This document shows positions 1 through 9,379 of a stretch of DNA of 64,000 nucleotides, in pieces (the first letter of the stretch is position 1; every line of letters starts with the position of its first letter). The translations under genes were made by a program, and so were the position numbers. This stretch comes from Candidatus Heimdallarchaeota archaeon (GTDB lineage: Archaea; Asgardarchaeota; Heimdallarchaeia; Heimdallarchaeales; Heimdallarchaeaceae). The notes beneath the pieces were generated by a model. It was not told the DNA's origin. It saw only the letters and a program-made list of their open reading frames with translations, and did no database searches. The stretch spans positions 326 through 64,325 of the forward strand of contig JAEOTE010000019.1 of assembly GCA_016839945.1 (NCBI GenBank), read 5' to 3'.

Positions 1-917
1 ATTCCTCTCCAAAGCGCTTCAATATCTGATTTTTCTCTTAATGGTGGTTGAACTACATATAATGCTCCTTCTGGTTCTAGATATTTTTCTCGAGTTAAGT
101 AGAGGAAGATTGGTCTCCCTTCGACATATACTGGATATTTTTCGAATTGAGCTTTTTCACAGATTTTGAGAGCTTCTTCTGAAGAGATATGCACAACATA
201 AATTGGTGCTCCAGTTGTTTTTGAGATATCGACTGCTTTTTGTGTTGCAACTGATTCTGAATTAACGGGTCTGCTATCAGCGTAAAACTTCAATGACTCC
301 TTTCCCTCTTCAATCATCCTTTCACGAGTTTCTTTGAGAATTTCATTATCCTCACAGTGTATCATGGAAAGCATTCCACTGTCTTTAGCAGTTTGAATAG
401 CTTTTATGTATAAATCTTCTTTTGCATCATAATCATCTGTAACCATGAAAATCTTAATGGTGTTGCATCCTTTCTCCATTAATTTTGGTATCTCTAGAAT
501 AGTTTCTTCTGTTGGAAAGAATATAACTGGGTGGATAAAAAAATCTGCTATCGCATTCTCGTTAATGGACTTTGATTCTCTCTCAATCGTACATATTGGA
601 GTTTCCTCTTTGTCGGGGACAGAAATGCAGCCAAGTGTAGTAATCCCTCCTGCAAGAGCTGCTTTTGATCCACTCTCAAAATCATCTGTCCAACGGAATT
701 CTTCTGGAACATAATCAGGTAATGAAAGGTGAACATGCGGATCAATTCCTCCTGGTAAAACCACTAGATTATCAGCATTAATCTCTCTAACTATTTTTGA
801 AGTAGGTACTAGATTCTCTCCTATTTCATGAATTTTTTCATCAATGATTTTGATGTCAGCTCTAATTCGTTTAGATTCAGTAACAATTAGACCATTTCGA
901 ATTAATATCTCACTCAT
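1..917 (-). CDS. cyclic amidohydrolase (dihydropyrimidinase/D-hydantoinase/dihydroorotase-like); C-terminus lies beyond the window
   Basis: Not in the ORF track because it is open at the window edge. My translation from ATG (917-915): MSEILIRNGLIVTESKRIRADIKIIDEKIHEIGENL..VVLPGGIDPHVHLSLP.., then IKIFM, MIHCED and VVHISS blocks. GGIDPHVH is the amidohydrolase-superfamily metal site. Track ORFs 445..714 and 548..745 are shadow ORFs inside it. Confidence 0.75.
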   Translation of the reverse strand, partial: MSEILIRNGLIVTESKRIRADIKIIDEKIHEIGENLVPTSKIVREINADNLVVLPGGIDPHVHLSLPDYVPEEFRWTDDFESGSKAALAGGITTLGCISVPDKEETPICTIERESKSINENAIADFFIHPVIFFPTEETILEIPKLMEKGCNTIKIFMVTDDYDAKEDLYIKAIQTAKDSGMLSMIHCEDNEILKETRERMIEEGKESLKFYADSRPVNSESVATQKAVDISKTTGAPIYVVHISSEEALKICEKAQFEKYPVYVEGRPIFLYLTREKYLEPEGALYVVQPPLREKSDIEALWRG

Positions 918-965
918 AAGAATTCTACCAATTTTACAATAGTTAATGACAATTAAATAAATTGT

Positions 966-1799
966 CTATTGAATTGGAGGACCTTTTCTTATTACTTCTC
1001 TTATTGCTTCTGTATCTCCTGTCCAATCAGTTACTGTTTGTAACCACCAAGTAACTCCAATTTCTCTAAATTCGTTGAATTTATCATATTCTGTCTGAAT
1101 ATCTTCTCCCATATTCCAGTAAATGCGTACGATATCATATGAATCAGGAAGTTCACCTTGAAGTTTCAGATATTCTGTGATTTGCTTCAATTCTTCTAAG
1201 GAGAGAGGTCTCCCTAAACCACGTAAAGGAATAACACCATCGAGTCTAGATGCTCTTCTGAATGGTCCTTTTTTTGGCCAAGTTCCTGCTCCCCACAATT
1301 TTATTCTTGGTTGTTGAACTGGTTTAAGAGACATTTTGACTTTATCCAATTTATAATGTTCTCCCTCAAAACTGAATTCCTCACCACTCCACAATCCATT
1401 TAGAATCTCTATTTGTTCAGCTGCCATTTTAGCATGTATTTTTGGATTGGTTTCCTCGTTCATTAAACCTAGTTCCTCTGGTCCTCCGAGACCTATCCCC
1501 AAAACAGCTCTACCATTTGATAAATGATCAAGAGTAACACACTCACTTGCTAGTTTCCAGGGTCTTCTTCTTGGCACAGGAGTAACAGTTGTACCAAAAA
1601 GTATTCTTTCAGTTTTGACAGCTGCAGCTGCTAAAGTTACAAATGGATCTACTATCGATGTTGAGTCCTCGGGAAACAAGTGATCCCATAAGAAAAATCC
1701 ATCCCATCCAGCTTCTTCCGCTTCTGTAATTAGATCAACAACCACTTGAGGGTTACCAAATGTTTTACCGTAATTTGGAGCATATATACCGAATTTCAT
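966..1799 (-). CDS. LLM-class (luciferase-like) flavin/F420-dependent oxidoreductase
   Basis: 277 aa. N-terminus MKFGIYAPNYG..DLITEAEEAGWDGFFLWDHL and the GIGLGG block are typical of luciferase-like monooxygenase family proteins. Confidence 0.7.
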   Translation of the reverse strand: MKFGIYAPNYGKTFGNPQVVVDLITEAEEAGWDGFFLWDHLFPEDSTSIVDPFVTLAAAAVKTERILFGTTVTPVPRRRPWKLASECVTLDHLSNGRAVLGIGLGGPEELGLMNEETNPKIHAKMAAEQIEILNGLWSGEEFSFEGEHYKLDKVKMSLKPVQQPRIKLWGAGTWPKKGPFRRASRLDGVIPLRGLGRPLSLEELKQITEYLKLQGELPDSYDIVRIYWNMGEDIQTEYDKFNEFREIGVTWWLQTVTDWTGDTEAIREVIRKGPPIQ

Positions 1800-1904
1800 C
1801 TTTTACCACTTCTTTAATTCTTTAGGATTTGAGTATAAAAACTAATAAGTAAATCACTTCTAATTTCTAGTATTTTTGTAAGAAATTTCTTAATCTCTCT
1901 CTGA

Positions 1905-2288
1905 AAGTTTCTCTTCGTTTTATTTAATCAGCACTTAATTCTCAGTCAAGGGAAAATAGTTTCAATAGGTTCTATTGAGGATTTGATTAGTGAACATGTA
2001 GGAGAAAAGGTACTACAAGTTGGTCTTACAAAGGATTCTGATGAATTTGAGGATTATCTTAAGATTAAACGTAAAACAGATGTTGATTTAGATTATGTGA
2101 GGATTAAGGATACCTTTTTCATTAAAAGTAACATTTTGACAGAGCTTATGGATGACATTATGGAGATAAATATAAAACGTGGGGGATTGAAGGAGACTTT
2201 TCTCTTCATGACTAGAGAACTCTATAATAATGTTGTTTTAAGTAGTGAAGAAACTCCAGAAGCTGCTATAGGGGGTAGTGGAGAATGA
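1905..2288 (+). pseudogene. 5'-truncated remnant of an ABC-2-type transporter ATPase (C-terminal part only)
   Basis: The frame is open from 1905. It reads ..VLFNQHLILSQGKIVSIGSIEDLISEH.., which is the end of an ABC nucleotide-binding domain, and ends ..LKETFLFMTRE (the usual LEDVFLxLTG tail). Walker A, signature and Walker B are absent. The 105 bp upstream abut the divergent gene start at 1799. Confidence 0.6.
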
Positions 2289-3690
2289 TAGTTATAGATT
2301 TAGCTTTTACTAGAATTAAACAAGTTCTTAGATCTAAGGAATTTTATTTTTATGTAATAGCTCTCCCTCTTTTCTTCCTAATTTTATTAGGATTTCTCAG
2401 CAAAGGTTGGGCTCCAACAACACAAACCATTGATATTGGTTACTATACCTCTGATGTTACTGTAATGGACCCAATAACTGGTGAAACTCTCAATATGGAA
2501 GAGGAATTCTTTAAATTACTAGTAGCGCATGAAACTGATGAAGACCTCAAAACTTTTTCAATTTCAAATCATACAGATTTAGAAGTAATGGATAAAGATA
2601 TACAAGATTTAATTATCCAAGGAGGTATAGAAATCCCTAGTGATTTTTCTTTTCAAGCTAGCAATATTACTAGATTTTACTCAGCTCTGATGATTACTCA
2701 ACTCCTTATTGAATCATTTGACTTGTATCCCGCTGAATTTTCCAGTATAAATGCATCTTTAGCAGAAATAGCCCCTTATATTGAAAGTTCAGCAGATTTA
2801 GTAGTTAAATTCCATGGAGATGTCACTTTACAAACAGCTATGCAAGCTTACACAAGTACCTGGCAAATATTAAGTGAATTTCTCGTTGATTACACTATTA
2901 TTCATGCTAATTCAATTTGGTTGGAACTGAAATCAACTCACGGACTAACCTTCGATTTGAACATAACAAGCCAATCATCAGATAGCACAATTACAACAGA
3001 AGTTCAGCTTATCAGTGCAGGAACTGGAGATGTAGTAGAGGATTTTCAAGGTGAATTCTTTTCCAGATTGCTTCCAGGACAAATTATTCAAATGATAACA
3101 ATGTCTTCAATAAGTGCAATATGGGTTTTAGATCAAGAAATCAGATCTGGCTTGTTAAAGAGAATCAAGCTCACAAAAATTACTTCAGTACAATATTTTG
3201 GAAGTTTTCTGCTAGCTTGGTCTTTAATCGCTCTTTTACAAGGAATTTTCATTTTAGTACTTTCAGCAATACTAGGTTTCTTCAGTTTTGCAATAAATCC
3301 ACTAGCTTGGTTAATGATGTTAGTGTCAATGGTGATGTTGGATTAATTGCTGCAACATTAGCATTGCTACTGGGATCTTTTATGGAAGGTAGAGTGGCGA
3401 CTCCGATACTAGTGCTTTTTGGGAGTACTATACAAATGTTTGTTGCAGAATATTATATCGAGGTACAAACAGCTTTTACATTTGCAGGAAAGAACTTCAG
3501 TGCATTAGATTTCGTTTTCTTAAGACCTGCTTTCCTTATTATGAAAAAAAGTATGGGACTTGAATCAGCTGCTGATGTAACATATATGCTCTTTGATCTA
3601 CTTGTATTGTTCCTATGGTTTGTTCTAATCTTTGCTATAGGAGCCACATTGTTCAATAAGTTCAAATTAAGATATGCGGAAAAAGAATAG
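2285..3690 (+). pseudogene. ABC-2 family transporter permease interrupted by a 1-nt frameshift near 3335-3346
   Basis: Track ORF 2285..3346 (N-terminal TM, large loop, TM bundle) stops at 3346. The hydrophobic continuation GLIAATLALLLGSFMEGRVATPILVLFGS.. runs in another frame (tail of ORF 3121..3690) to 3690. It overlaps the ATPase remnant by 4 nt, as in an operon. Confidence 0.6.
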
Positions 3691-3706
3691 TTAATCTCTA
3701 TTTCTT

Positions 3707-4402
3707 TTACTTTTTTTCCAGAAGTTTTTTCAGAGCATTACTGCTAATTATACCCCCATGAGAAAGATGAAGTATTTTAGCACCTTCTTTCAGTATTCGT
3801 TCCCAACTTTTCTTCACTTCATCTAAACTATCAGCAATTATTGGCAATCCGGCTGAGAAATTCATAGGAAATCCCATAGCAATATCTCCTATAAACGCAT
3901 TCCCTTGTTCATCAATTAGGGAGATTGATCCCTTTGTATGCCCTGGTGTGTGAATAATCTTAGCTTTTAATCCAAAATCATAAAGAGAATAATTATCTTC
4001 AACAATAATATCAGCTTCTACTCCATCAAATTGATGGGATTTTTCAGGCATAAAGGAGGATATTTTTTCATAGAATTTTGACGTTGGTTTAACAGGATGA
4101 CTTTTACCCTTCATCAAAAATTCTTTTTCTTCTTGATGAACCAAAACCTTAGCTTTTGTGATCTCCTTAATCGCTTTTAAACTTCCTACATGGTCACCAT
4201 GGACGTGTGTAATAACTATTAGTTTTATATCCTTAGGGTTGATTTTTTTATTCTTCAAGAATCTAATTAGTTTCTTCTCTTTCTTCTTAAGTCCTGCATC
4301 AACTAGAATGTATCCTTTATCACTTTTGATTAAAAAACTACTTGCTACGCCTAATCTTATTTTCATTATTTCATTCATACTTCTCAACGTATTAGCTATC
4401 AA
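3707..4402 (-). CDS. MBL-fold metallo-hydrolase
   Basis: 231 aa with the HxHxDH motif (ITHVHGDHVGS) and a later HTPGHT block. Confidence 0.8.
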   Translation of the reverse strand: MIANTLRSMNEIMKIRLGVASSFLIKSDKGYILVDAGLKKKEKKLIRFLKNKKINPKDIKLIVITHVHGDHVGSLKAIKEITKAKVLVHQEEKEFLMKGKSHPVKPTSKFYEKISSFMPEKSHQFDGVEADIIVEDNYSLYDFGLKAKIIHTPGHTKGSISLIDEQGNAFIGDIAMGFPMNFSAGLPIIADSLDEVKKSWERILKEGAKILHLSHGGIISSNALKKLLEKK

Positions 4403-4958
4403 TGTCTTTTATTACTTTCTTATTCTTAATTATTCCCCACCCACAAAATTCCATTCTTTTCCACCTGTCAAAATATTCCTCTTTTCTTAAATTGAGAATA
4501 TATCCAAAATATAAGGATAATATTATACCATGACTTACAACAAGGATTTTCCTGTTCGAATGCTGATTATCTATTAAATCTGTAGCTTTCATTATTCGAT
4601 TTAATGCACTTTTTGCTGTTTCCCATTCTTTAATCTCTGAACAACCTTCCACAAGAATCAATCTAACCTGTTTCTCATACTCACCCTTACCTTCAATATA
4701 ACCCCCTTCCCTTCCCAATTCATTAAAATCTGAGTATGTATCTATCTTTTTTCCTAATCTTTCGGCAACAAAAGCTGCAGTTTGAATTGCTTTCTTTTCT
4801 TTTGAGGAAATTATTATATCTATATCATCAAAAATACCTGAACTAGCTATTTTAGACATCTTTTCCTTTCCACTCTTCGCTATTTCCCATTTAACCACTG
4901 GAGAATCTTGATCAATAATAGTTAATGCATGTCTAAGGAAGAAAAAGGAGTTATTCAT
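4392..4958 (-). CDS. histidine phosphatase family protein (phosphoglycerate-mutase-like), copy 2
   Basis: 188 aa with FFLRHA (RHG-type catalytic motif) and VVSHGIIL. Paralog of 5014..5580. Overlaps the MBL gene by 11 nt. Confidence 0.7.
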   Translation of the reverse strand: MNNSFFFLRHALTIIDQDSPVVKWEIAKSGKEKMSKIASSGIFDDIDIIISSKEKKAIQTAAFVAERLGKKIDTYSDFNELGREGGYIEGKGEYEKQVRLILVEGCSEIKEWETAKSALNRIMKATDLIDNQHSNRKILVVSHGIILSLYFGYILNLRKEEYFDRWKRMEFCGWGIIKNKKVIKDIDS

Positions 4959-5013
4959 TATTTAAGAATATAACAGAAAGAAAAATAAGAATTGTGGAAT
5001 AAAATACTGCTTT

Positions 5014-5580
5014 TTACAAAAATATATCTCTCAAAACCTCATTATCCTTAACTCTACCCCAAGCACAACTTTTCAGAGCTTTCCATCTTGGGAAAAGGTT
5101 GCCTTGATTTTCTTTTAGTAGATTATTGAAGTAAAGAGTTAACACTATACCATGGCTTACTATGAGTATTATATTATGTTTGTATTCTTGTTCAATTCTT
5201 TCCAAAGCTAGTTGAAATCTTCTAGAAGCTTGAATTGCAGGTTCCCAACCTGAAACACTCTCCGAATAATTTTCGAAAACTTTCTTTACCTGTTTTTCAT
5301 ATTCTTCAGGATCATCAATTAGATTGGTTCCTTTATCTATCTCGTTTAATCCAGGATTTGTAATTATTTCTTTATCAAGTCTATCAGCGAGAAAATAAGC
5401 AGTTTGAATAGACTTCTTTTGTGTAGAAGTTATGATTATTTCTACATTATCAAAAATTCCTGTAGCTGCTACTTCTTCTATGAATTTAAGACCATCTTCT
5501 GACATTACCCATTTTTCAGAAGGAGCTTCTGTATCTTTTCTTACTTTTGTATGACGAAGGAAAATATATGTATTATGCAT
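5014..5580 (-). CDS. histidine phosphatase family protein (phosphoglycerate-mutase-like), copy 1
   Basis: 188 aa with IFLRHT and IVSHGIVL. Collinear with its neighbour of identical length. Confidence 0.7.
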   Translation of the reverse strand: MHNTYIFLRHTKVRKDTEAPSEKWVMSEDGLKFIEEVAATGIFDNVEIIITSTQKKSIQTAYFLADRLDKEIITNPGLNEIDKGTNLIDDPEEYEKQVKKVFENYSESVSGWEPAIQASRRFQLALERIEQEYKHNIILIVSHGIVLTLYFNNLLKENQGNLFPRWKALKSCAWGRVKDNEVLRDIFL

Positions 5581-5644
5581 GAAATCAAGAATATTATAAC
5601 ATTATAAAATTTAAATCTTTTCAGAAGAAAACTAAGTATTTAAG

Positions 5645-5660
5645 TTGAGAAAGAAAAAAA
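5645..5660 (-). terminator. oligo-T tract immediately after the last gene of the redox operon
   Basis: The minus strand reads TAA-A-TTTTTTTCTTTCTC directly after the stop at 5662-5664. Archaeal terminators are oligo-T runs. Confidence 0.4.
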
Positions 5661-5661
5661 T

Positions 5662-7323
5662 TTAGAGAGAGCTTTCATATAATTGAACAAGTCTATCTCT
5701 TACGATTTCGCTTCTGTACTCTGGGAGTAACATAGGACCATATCTCTTCTCTTTTAGCTTTAATGCATCCATTGTTTCAACTGTTTTTTTAACATGGTCT
5801 AGAGTCAGTTTTCCTACTTTAGCTTTCTTAATTTCTTTTGCAGCTTGGATACCTGCTCTTCTTCCAAAAACATTGACTTCAAGAAGAGAATTGCCCATCA
5901 ATCTGTTTTTTCCATGTACTCCTCCAGAAACTTCTCCTGCAATTAACAAACCAGGAACAGAGCTGTGACACCATTCATCATGTAGAACTCCACCATTTTG
6001 GTAATGAAGTGTTGGATATACAAGTACAGGATCTACTGTCATATCAATTCCGAACCTTTGCAGCATTCGATCCATAGCTGCAAGATTTTTATCTATAGTA
6101 CCCTTTCCTCTGATTTCTTCAATTAGAGGAGAGTCTAACCATACTCCTCTCATACCTGTTGGTGTCTCAATGTAATTATCAGTACTGCTACAACAACGAA
6201 TAATAGCAGAAGCTTCAACGTCTCTTGGTTCAAGAGGGTAGCATACTTGTTCACCATTTCTACCAATAACTTGAGCTCCTAATCCTCTTACTTTCTCGGT
6301 GATTAGGAGACCAACAATTTGTTCTGGATAAGCTGCTCCAGTTGGATGAAATTGTGTAGATTCTAAATTGCGAAGTTTAGCTCCTGTTCTATAAGCCAGT
6401 AACACACCATCCATTGTCGCACCATAATGATTGGTTGTTGGAAAACCAGCAACATGTAGTCTTCCAAATCCACCTGTAGCCATGATTGTTGTCTTAGCTC
6501 GTACAACAAAATATTGTTTTGTTTCTAGATGGTATAGAATTGCCCCTGTTACTCTTCCGGTTTCATCTGTTAATAGTTCTATTGCTGGTGTGAATTCTAA
6601 GGTTGGAATTTCTAGATTTCTGTATTCATCTCTGATTACTCTGAAAATTTCAAGTCCTGTATAATCTTTTGCACTATGCATTCTGAAACGAGAAGTACCT
6701 CCTCCAGAAAGAACCATGAAATTTCCCTCCTCAGTTAAGTCATACATAACACCTAAATCTTTATGCCATTTTATAATTTCAGGACCATCGTTTACAAGAG
6801 CTTTTGCTAGTTCAGGAATATTATCAAAATGACCTCCACCAATAGCATCTAAATAATGAATTAGAGGAGAATCTTCTGGTCTATCAGCAGCTTGAATCCC
6901 TCCTTGTGCCATAACGGTGTTAGCATCCCCGTGTCTTAGCTTTGAGCTAACTAAGATGTCATCGACTGGAATTCCAGAATAATGTGCCCAAATTGCAGCT
7001 GCTGTTCCTGCACCTCCAGCTCCAATGATTAAAACTCCAACATCATAATCTATTTTTGAGAGATCAATATCATCAGGATTAATAAGAGGGTAAGATTCAA
7101 GAACATCTGCAACTTCTACAGGAACGATATCTCCCTTATTTTGCCCGTAAGCAAGTGCCCTTTTTACATCTACCTTATAATCAGGATGATAATTTTTTAG
7201 AACTTCATCTCGTTCTTTCATTGTCATATGAGCACATACTTCATCTAATCTCTTACTTCGTGTTTTGTTAACATTGTCTATTGATTTTCTCATTTCTTCT
7301 GTGTATCCACCTGTTAGTTTCAT
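5662..7323 (-). CDS. FAD-dependent succinate dehydrogenase/fumarate reductase-family flavoprotein (SdhA/FrdA/TfrA/NadB-like)
   Basis: 553 aa. Motifs: GAGGAGTAAA dinucleotide fold, TVMAQGGIQAA, STQFHPTG, ITEKVRGLGA, GLLIAGEVSGGVHGKNRLMGNSLLEVNVFGRRAG. There is no His at the covalent-FAD position (ANT instead of SHT). About 90 aa of extra N-terminus precede the FAD fold. Confidence 0.8.
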   Translation of the reverse strand: MKLTGGYTEEMRKSIDNVNKTRSKRLDEVCAHMTMKERDEVLKNYHPDYKVDVKRALAYGQNKGDIVPVEVADVLESYPLINPDDIDLSKIDYDVGVLIIGAGGAGTAAAIWAHYSGIPVDDILVSSKLRHGDANTVMAQGGIQAADRPEDSPLIHYLDAIGGGHFDNIPELAKALVNDGPEIIKWHKDLGVMYDLTEEGNFMVLSGGGTSRFRMHSAKDYTGLEIFRVIRDEYRNLEIPTLEFTPAIELLTDETGRVTGAILYHLETKQYFVVRAKTTIMATGGFGRLHVAGFPTTNHYGATMDGVLLAYRTGAKLRNLESTQFHPTGAAYPEQIVGLLITEKVRGLGAQVIGRNGEQVCYPLEPRDVEASAIIRCCSSTDNYIETPTGMRGVWLDSPLIEEIRGKGTIDKNLAAMDRMLQRFGIDMTVDPVLVYPTLHYQNGGVLHDEWCHSSVPGLLIAGEVSGGVHGKNRLMGNSLLEVNVFGRRAGIQAAKEIKKAKVGKLTLDHVKKTVETMDALKLKEKRYGPMLLPEYRSEIVRDRLVQLYESSL

Positions 7324-7336
7324 TTTTGCACCTCTA

Positions 7337-8050
7337 TTACTCCTTATCTCTATTCTTATATCTCTCTTCTAGTTTTTCTTTAGAGAGAGCCATTAGCTCT
7401 TTGAATCCGTCTTCGTACTTACCATCTATGATTTCTTTGATTCTTTCATCAAGATAACTTGGAGCTATCATTAGATATTTGCCATAAAGTCGTCGTGCTA
7501 ATTCTGCTACATGGTATTGTGGGATTTCCGCAGGACAACGAATTGCACAAAGACCACAAGAAACACAATCGAAGCTTTCCTCCGCTGCTTTATCAATTTG
7601 ACCTTGTAGACTAAATTGAATATAATCCATCACCTGTATGTCCTGAGGACAAACTTTGCTGCATGCATTACAACTTAAACACCTTGCCACTTCAGGATAA
7701 AATCGAAGGATGGTATTTGCAGAAGGTGTAAGATTATTAATATCATAAGTTGGTTTGTCTGCTGGAACAAAAGGAAGTTGAGTTAAAACCATCCCATCTT
7801 CCACCATAGTTTGACAAGCTAGAGCTGTATAAATTCGAAAATCTCCTTCTTTTCTATAAACAGTTGAGCAAGCACCGCAGAAACCTGCCCTACAACCTGA
7901 ACCTCTGGTAAATTTGTAACCTGCATATTCCATTGCTTTCATTATGGTTAAAGTTGCGGGAACTTCATAAGCACTTCCCATTATGTAAATCTTAACATTT
8001 CCAGTAGTTTCTTTTTTTGTGTTTTTTGATTCTGTTTTTGCCTTAGACAT
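7337..8050 (-). CDS. SdhB/FrdB-like iron-sulfur subunit ([2Fe-2S] plus two Cys-cluster motifs)
   Basis: 237 aa. CRAGFCGAC..(n)..C is a plant-type 2Fe-2S pattern as in SdhB. It is followed by CLSCNACSKVCP and CVSCGLCAIRCP. Confidence 0.75.
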   Translation of the reverse strand: MSKAKTESKNTKKETTGNVKIYIMGSAYEVPATLTIMKAMEYAGYKFTRGSGCRAGFCGACSTVYRKEGDFRIYTALACQTMVEDGMVLTQLPFVPADKPTYDINNLTPSANTILRFYPEVARCLSCNACSKVCPQDIQVMDYIQFSLQGQIDKAAEESFDCVSCGLCAIRCPAEIPQYHVAELARRLYGKYLMIAPSYLDERIKEIIDGKYEDGFKELMALSKEKLEERYKNRDKE

Positions 8051-8060
8051 TTTATAACCT

Positions 8061-8972
8061 CTACTTGAATTTCAATTCTTTCAATAAAATTCGAGGATCA
8101 ATTTTGTGATCTTCAAAGTGATTTATTTCCACAGGCTCACCCATTGCTAATGCCATTAATTGACTAAAATAAAAAATTGGAATAGCTTCTTTTTTACCTG
8201 TTTTTTCCATTAACATCTTTTGTTGTTGATCTAGGTTGTAAGCGCATAAGGGACATGCTACTGCTAAAGCATTAGCTCCACGAATCATTGCTGAATCTAT
8301 AATTTTCTGAACTTGCCTTGTAACAATATCCTCATCACTAACAATGTGATAAGATCCACAACAATATTTGAACAATGGAGAAAATACAACTTCAGCACCT
8401 AGACTTTCTATTAAGTTTTCTAATACTGAAGGCATTTCTTCGTCATCTATCTTTGCTTCTTCTGGGTGTAGTAACATGCACCCATAGTAGGGGGTGACTT
8501 TAAAACCTTTCAATGGTTTGACTACCTTATTTGCAATCTTAGCGAAACCGATATTATCTCTTAATATCTCAAGAAAATGTTTCACTTCCATATCACTAGA
8601 ATAGGTCTCTTCATCATCTTCTAGTTGAAAATTAATTACTTCTAGTTTCTCAGGATCTACCAATACTTCACTATTTACTATTTTTAGTGTACTATTACAC
8701 ATTGAGCACAACGTCACTATATCCTGAGACGAATTTTCTAGCTCTTCAACGTGTTTTCTTGATCTAGCAAGTACTCTCACAGGAGCTATTCTTTTCATTA
8801 AGTTATCAGCTGTCATTGTGTGAACTGTGCCACAACAATTCCAATTAGGGATCTCTACGAGTTCAGCTTCCAGTTTCTTACTCACAGCTATTGCTGATTT
8901 CTCGAACCCTTTAGCATTTGTTTTTAGATTGCAACCTGGAAAGTACGAATAGTTAACCATTTCTTTTTTCAC
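8061..8972 (-). CDS. hdrB: heterodisulfide reductase subunit B-like protein (two CCG domains)
   Basis: 303 aa. YFPGCNLKT...NWNCCGT and YYGCMLL...KYCCGSY are two CCG motifs, plus ACPLCAYNLD. Confidence 0.85.
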   Translation of the reverse strand: MKKEMVNYSYFPGCNLKTNAKGFEKSAIAVSKKLEAELVEIPNWNCCGTVHTMTADNLMKRIAPVRVLARSRKHVEELENSSQDIVTLCSMCNSTLKIVNSEVLVDPEKLEVINFQLEDDEETYSSDMEVKHFLEILRDNIGFAKIANKVVKPLKGFKVTPYYGCMLLHPEEAKIDDEEMPSVLENLIESLGAEVVFSPLFKYCCGSYHIVSDEDIVTRQVQKIIDSAMIRGANALAVACPLCAYNLDQQQKMLMEKTGKKEAIPIFYFSQLMALAMGEPVEINHFEDHKIDPRILLKELKFK

Positions 8973-9379
8973 CCTGTCATTTTCCTGAAGCTCCCAACTA
9001 ATGCAATGTTGGGGAGTTTTTCCAGAACATCTTTAGGAATATCTGCGATTTTGACTTTTTCTGGTTCCTCTCTCAATATATACTCACGCACAGCTTCCAT
9101 TAATGCTGCAACATCGATTTCACGAGGACACCTTATAGTGCAAGTTAAACAACTAGCACAGATCCAATGAGTATTGGCTTGTAATACTTTTTCTTTTTGA
9201 CCCATTTGTATATGGTTGATCAGCTGATTGACAGTTAAATCCATTTTACTACTGAATGGACAGCCTGCGCTGCATTTTCCACACTGATAGCAAGAATATA
9301 TGTTCTGTCCGGAAATTTCCTCAATCTTCTTAATGAATTCTTTTTCTTCCTGTCCGAATTTAATATACTCATACGACAT
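8969..9379 (-). CDS. hdrC: heterodisulfide reductase subunit C-like 4Fe-4S dicluster protein
   Basis: 136 aa with CYQCGKCSAGCP and CASCLTCTIRCP. Overlaps hdrB by 4 nt. Confidence 0.8.
   Translation of the reverse strand: MSYEYIKFGQEEKEFIKKIEEISGQNIYSCYQCGKCSAGCPFSSKMDLTVNQLINHIQMGQKEKVLQANTHWICASCLTCTIRCPREIDVAALMEAVREYILREEPEKVKIADIPKDVLEKLPNIALVGSFRKMTG

Noticed and set aside
445-745. Track ORFs 445..714 (+) and 548..745 (-) as genes
   Set aside because: They lie inside or antisense to the clearly homologous amidohydrolase gene (1..917, minus strand). Their sequences are low-complexity with no motifs. They are typical shadow ORFs.
3121-3690. ORF 3121..3690 as an independent 189-aa gene
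   Set aside because: Its first ~65 codons overlap the permease in another frame and look like nonsense. Only the tail, from about 3340, is hydrophobic and permease-like. It is better explained as the downstream half of a frameshifted ABC-2 permease.
4158-4490. Antisense or alternative-frame ORFs nested in confident genes. Examples: 3453..3665, 4158..4490, 6431..6664, 9300..9563, 13018..13302, 13515..13736, 14871..15062, 15336..15536, 16240..16960, 16977..17201, 17824..18015, 19120..19320, 19575..19757, 21804..22052, 22184..22414, 25045..25504, 26805..27953, 28076..28288, 33074..33404, 34041..34235, 36687..36905, 39482..39889, 40288..40587, 42512..42742, 43857..44108, 45902..46123, 49878..50087, 51653..51889, 52089..52283, 53603..53806, 57471..57689, 58375..58584
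   Set aside because: Each is fully embedded in a longer ORF that has strong family motifs. The translations are Leu/Ile/Phe/Ser-rich without motifs, as expected by chance in AT-rich DNA.
5662-8050. Reading the flavoprotein and Fe-S pair as adenylylsulfate reductase (AprAB) working with Qmo-like HdrA proteins
   Set aside because: The Fe-S subunit starts with an SdhB-type [2Fe-2S] motif (CRAGFCGAC), not the AprB two-[4Fe-4S] ferredoxin layout. The flavoprotein carries the QFHPTG and HGxNRLxxNSL blocks of the Sdh/Frd/NadB branch. No sat or dsr genes are nearby.
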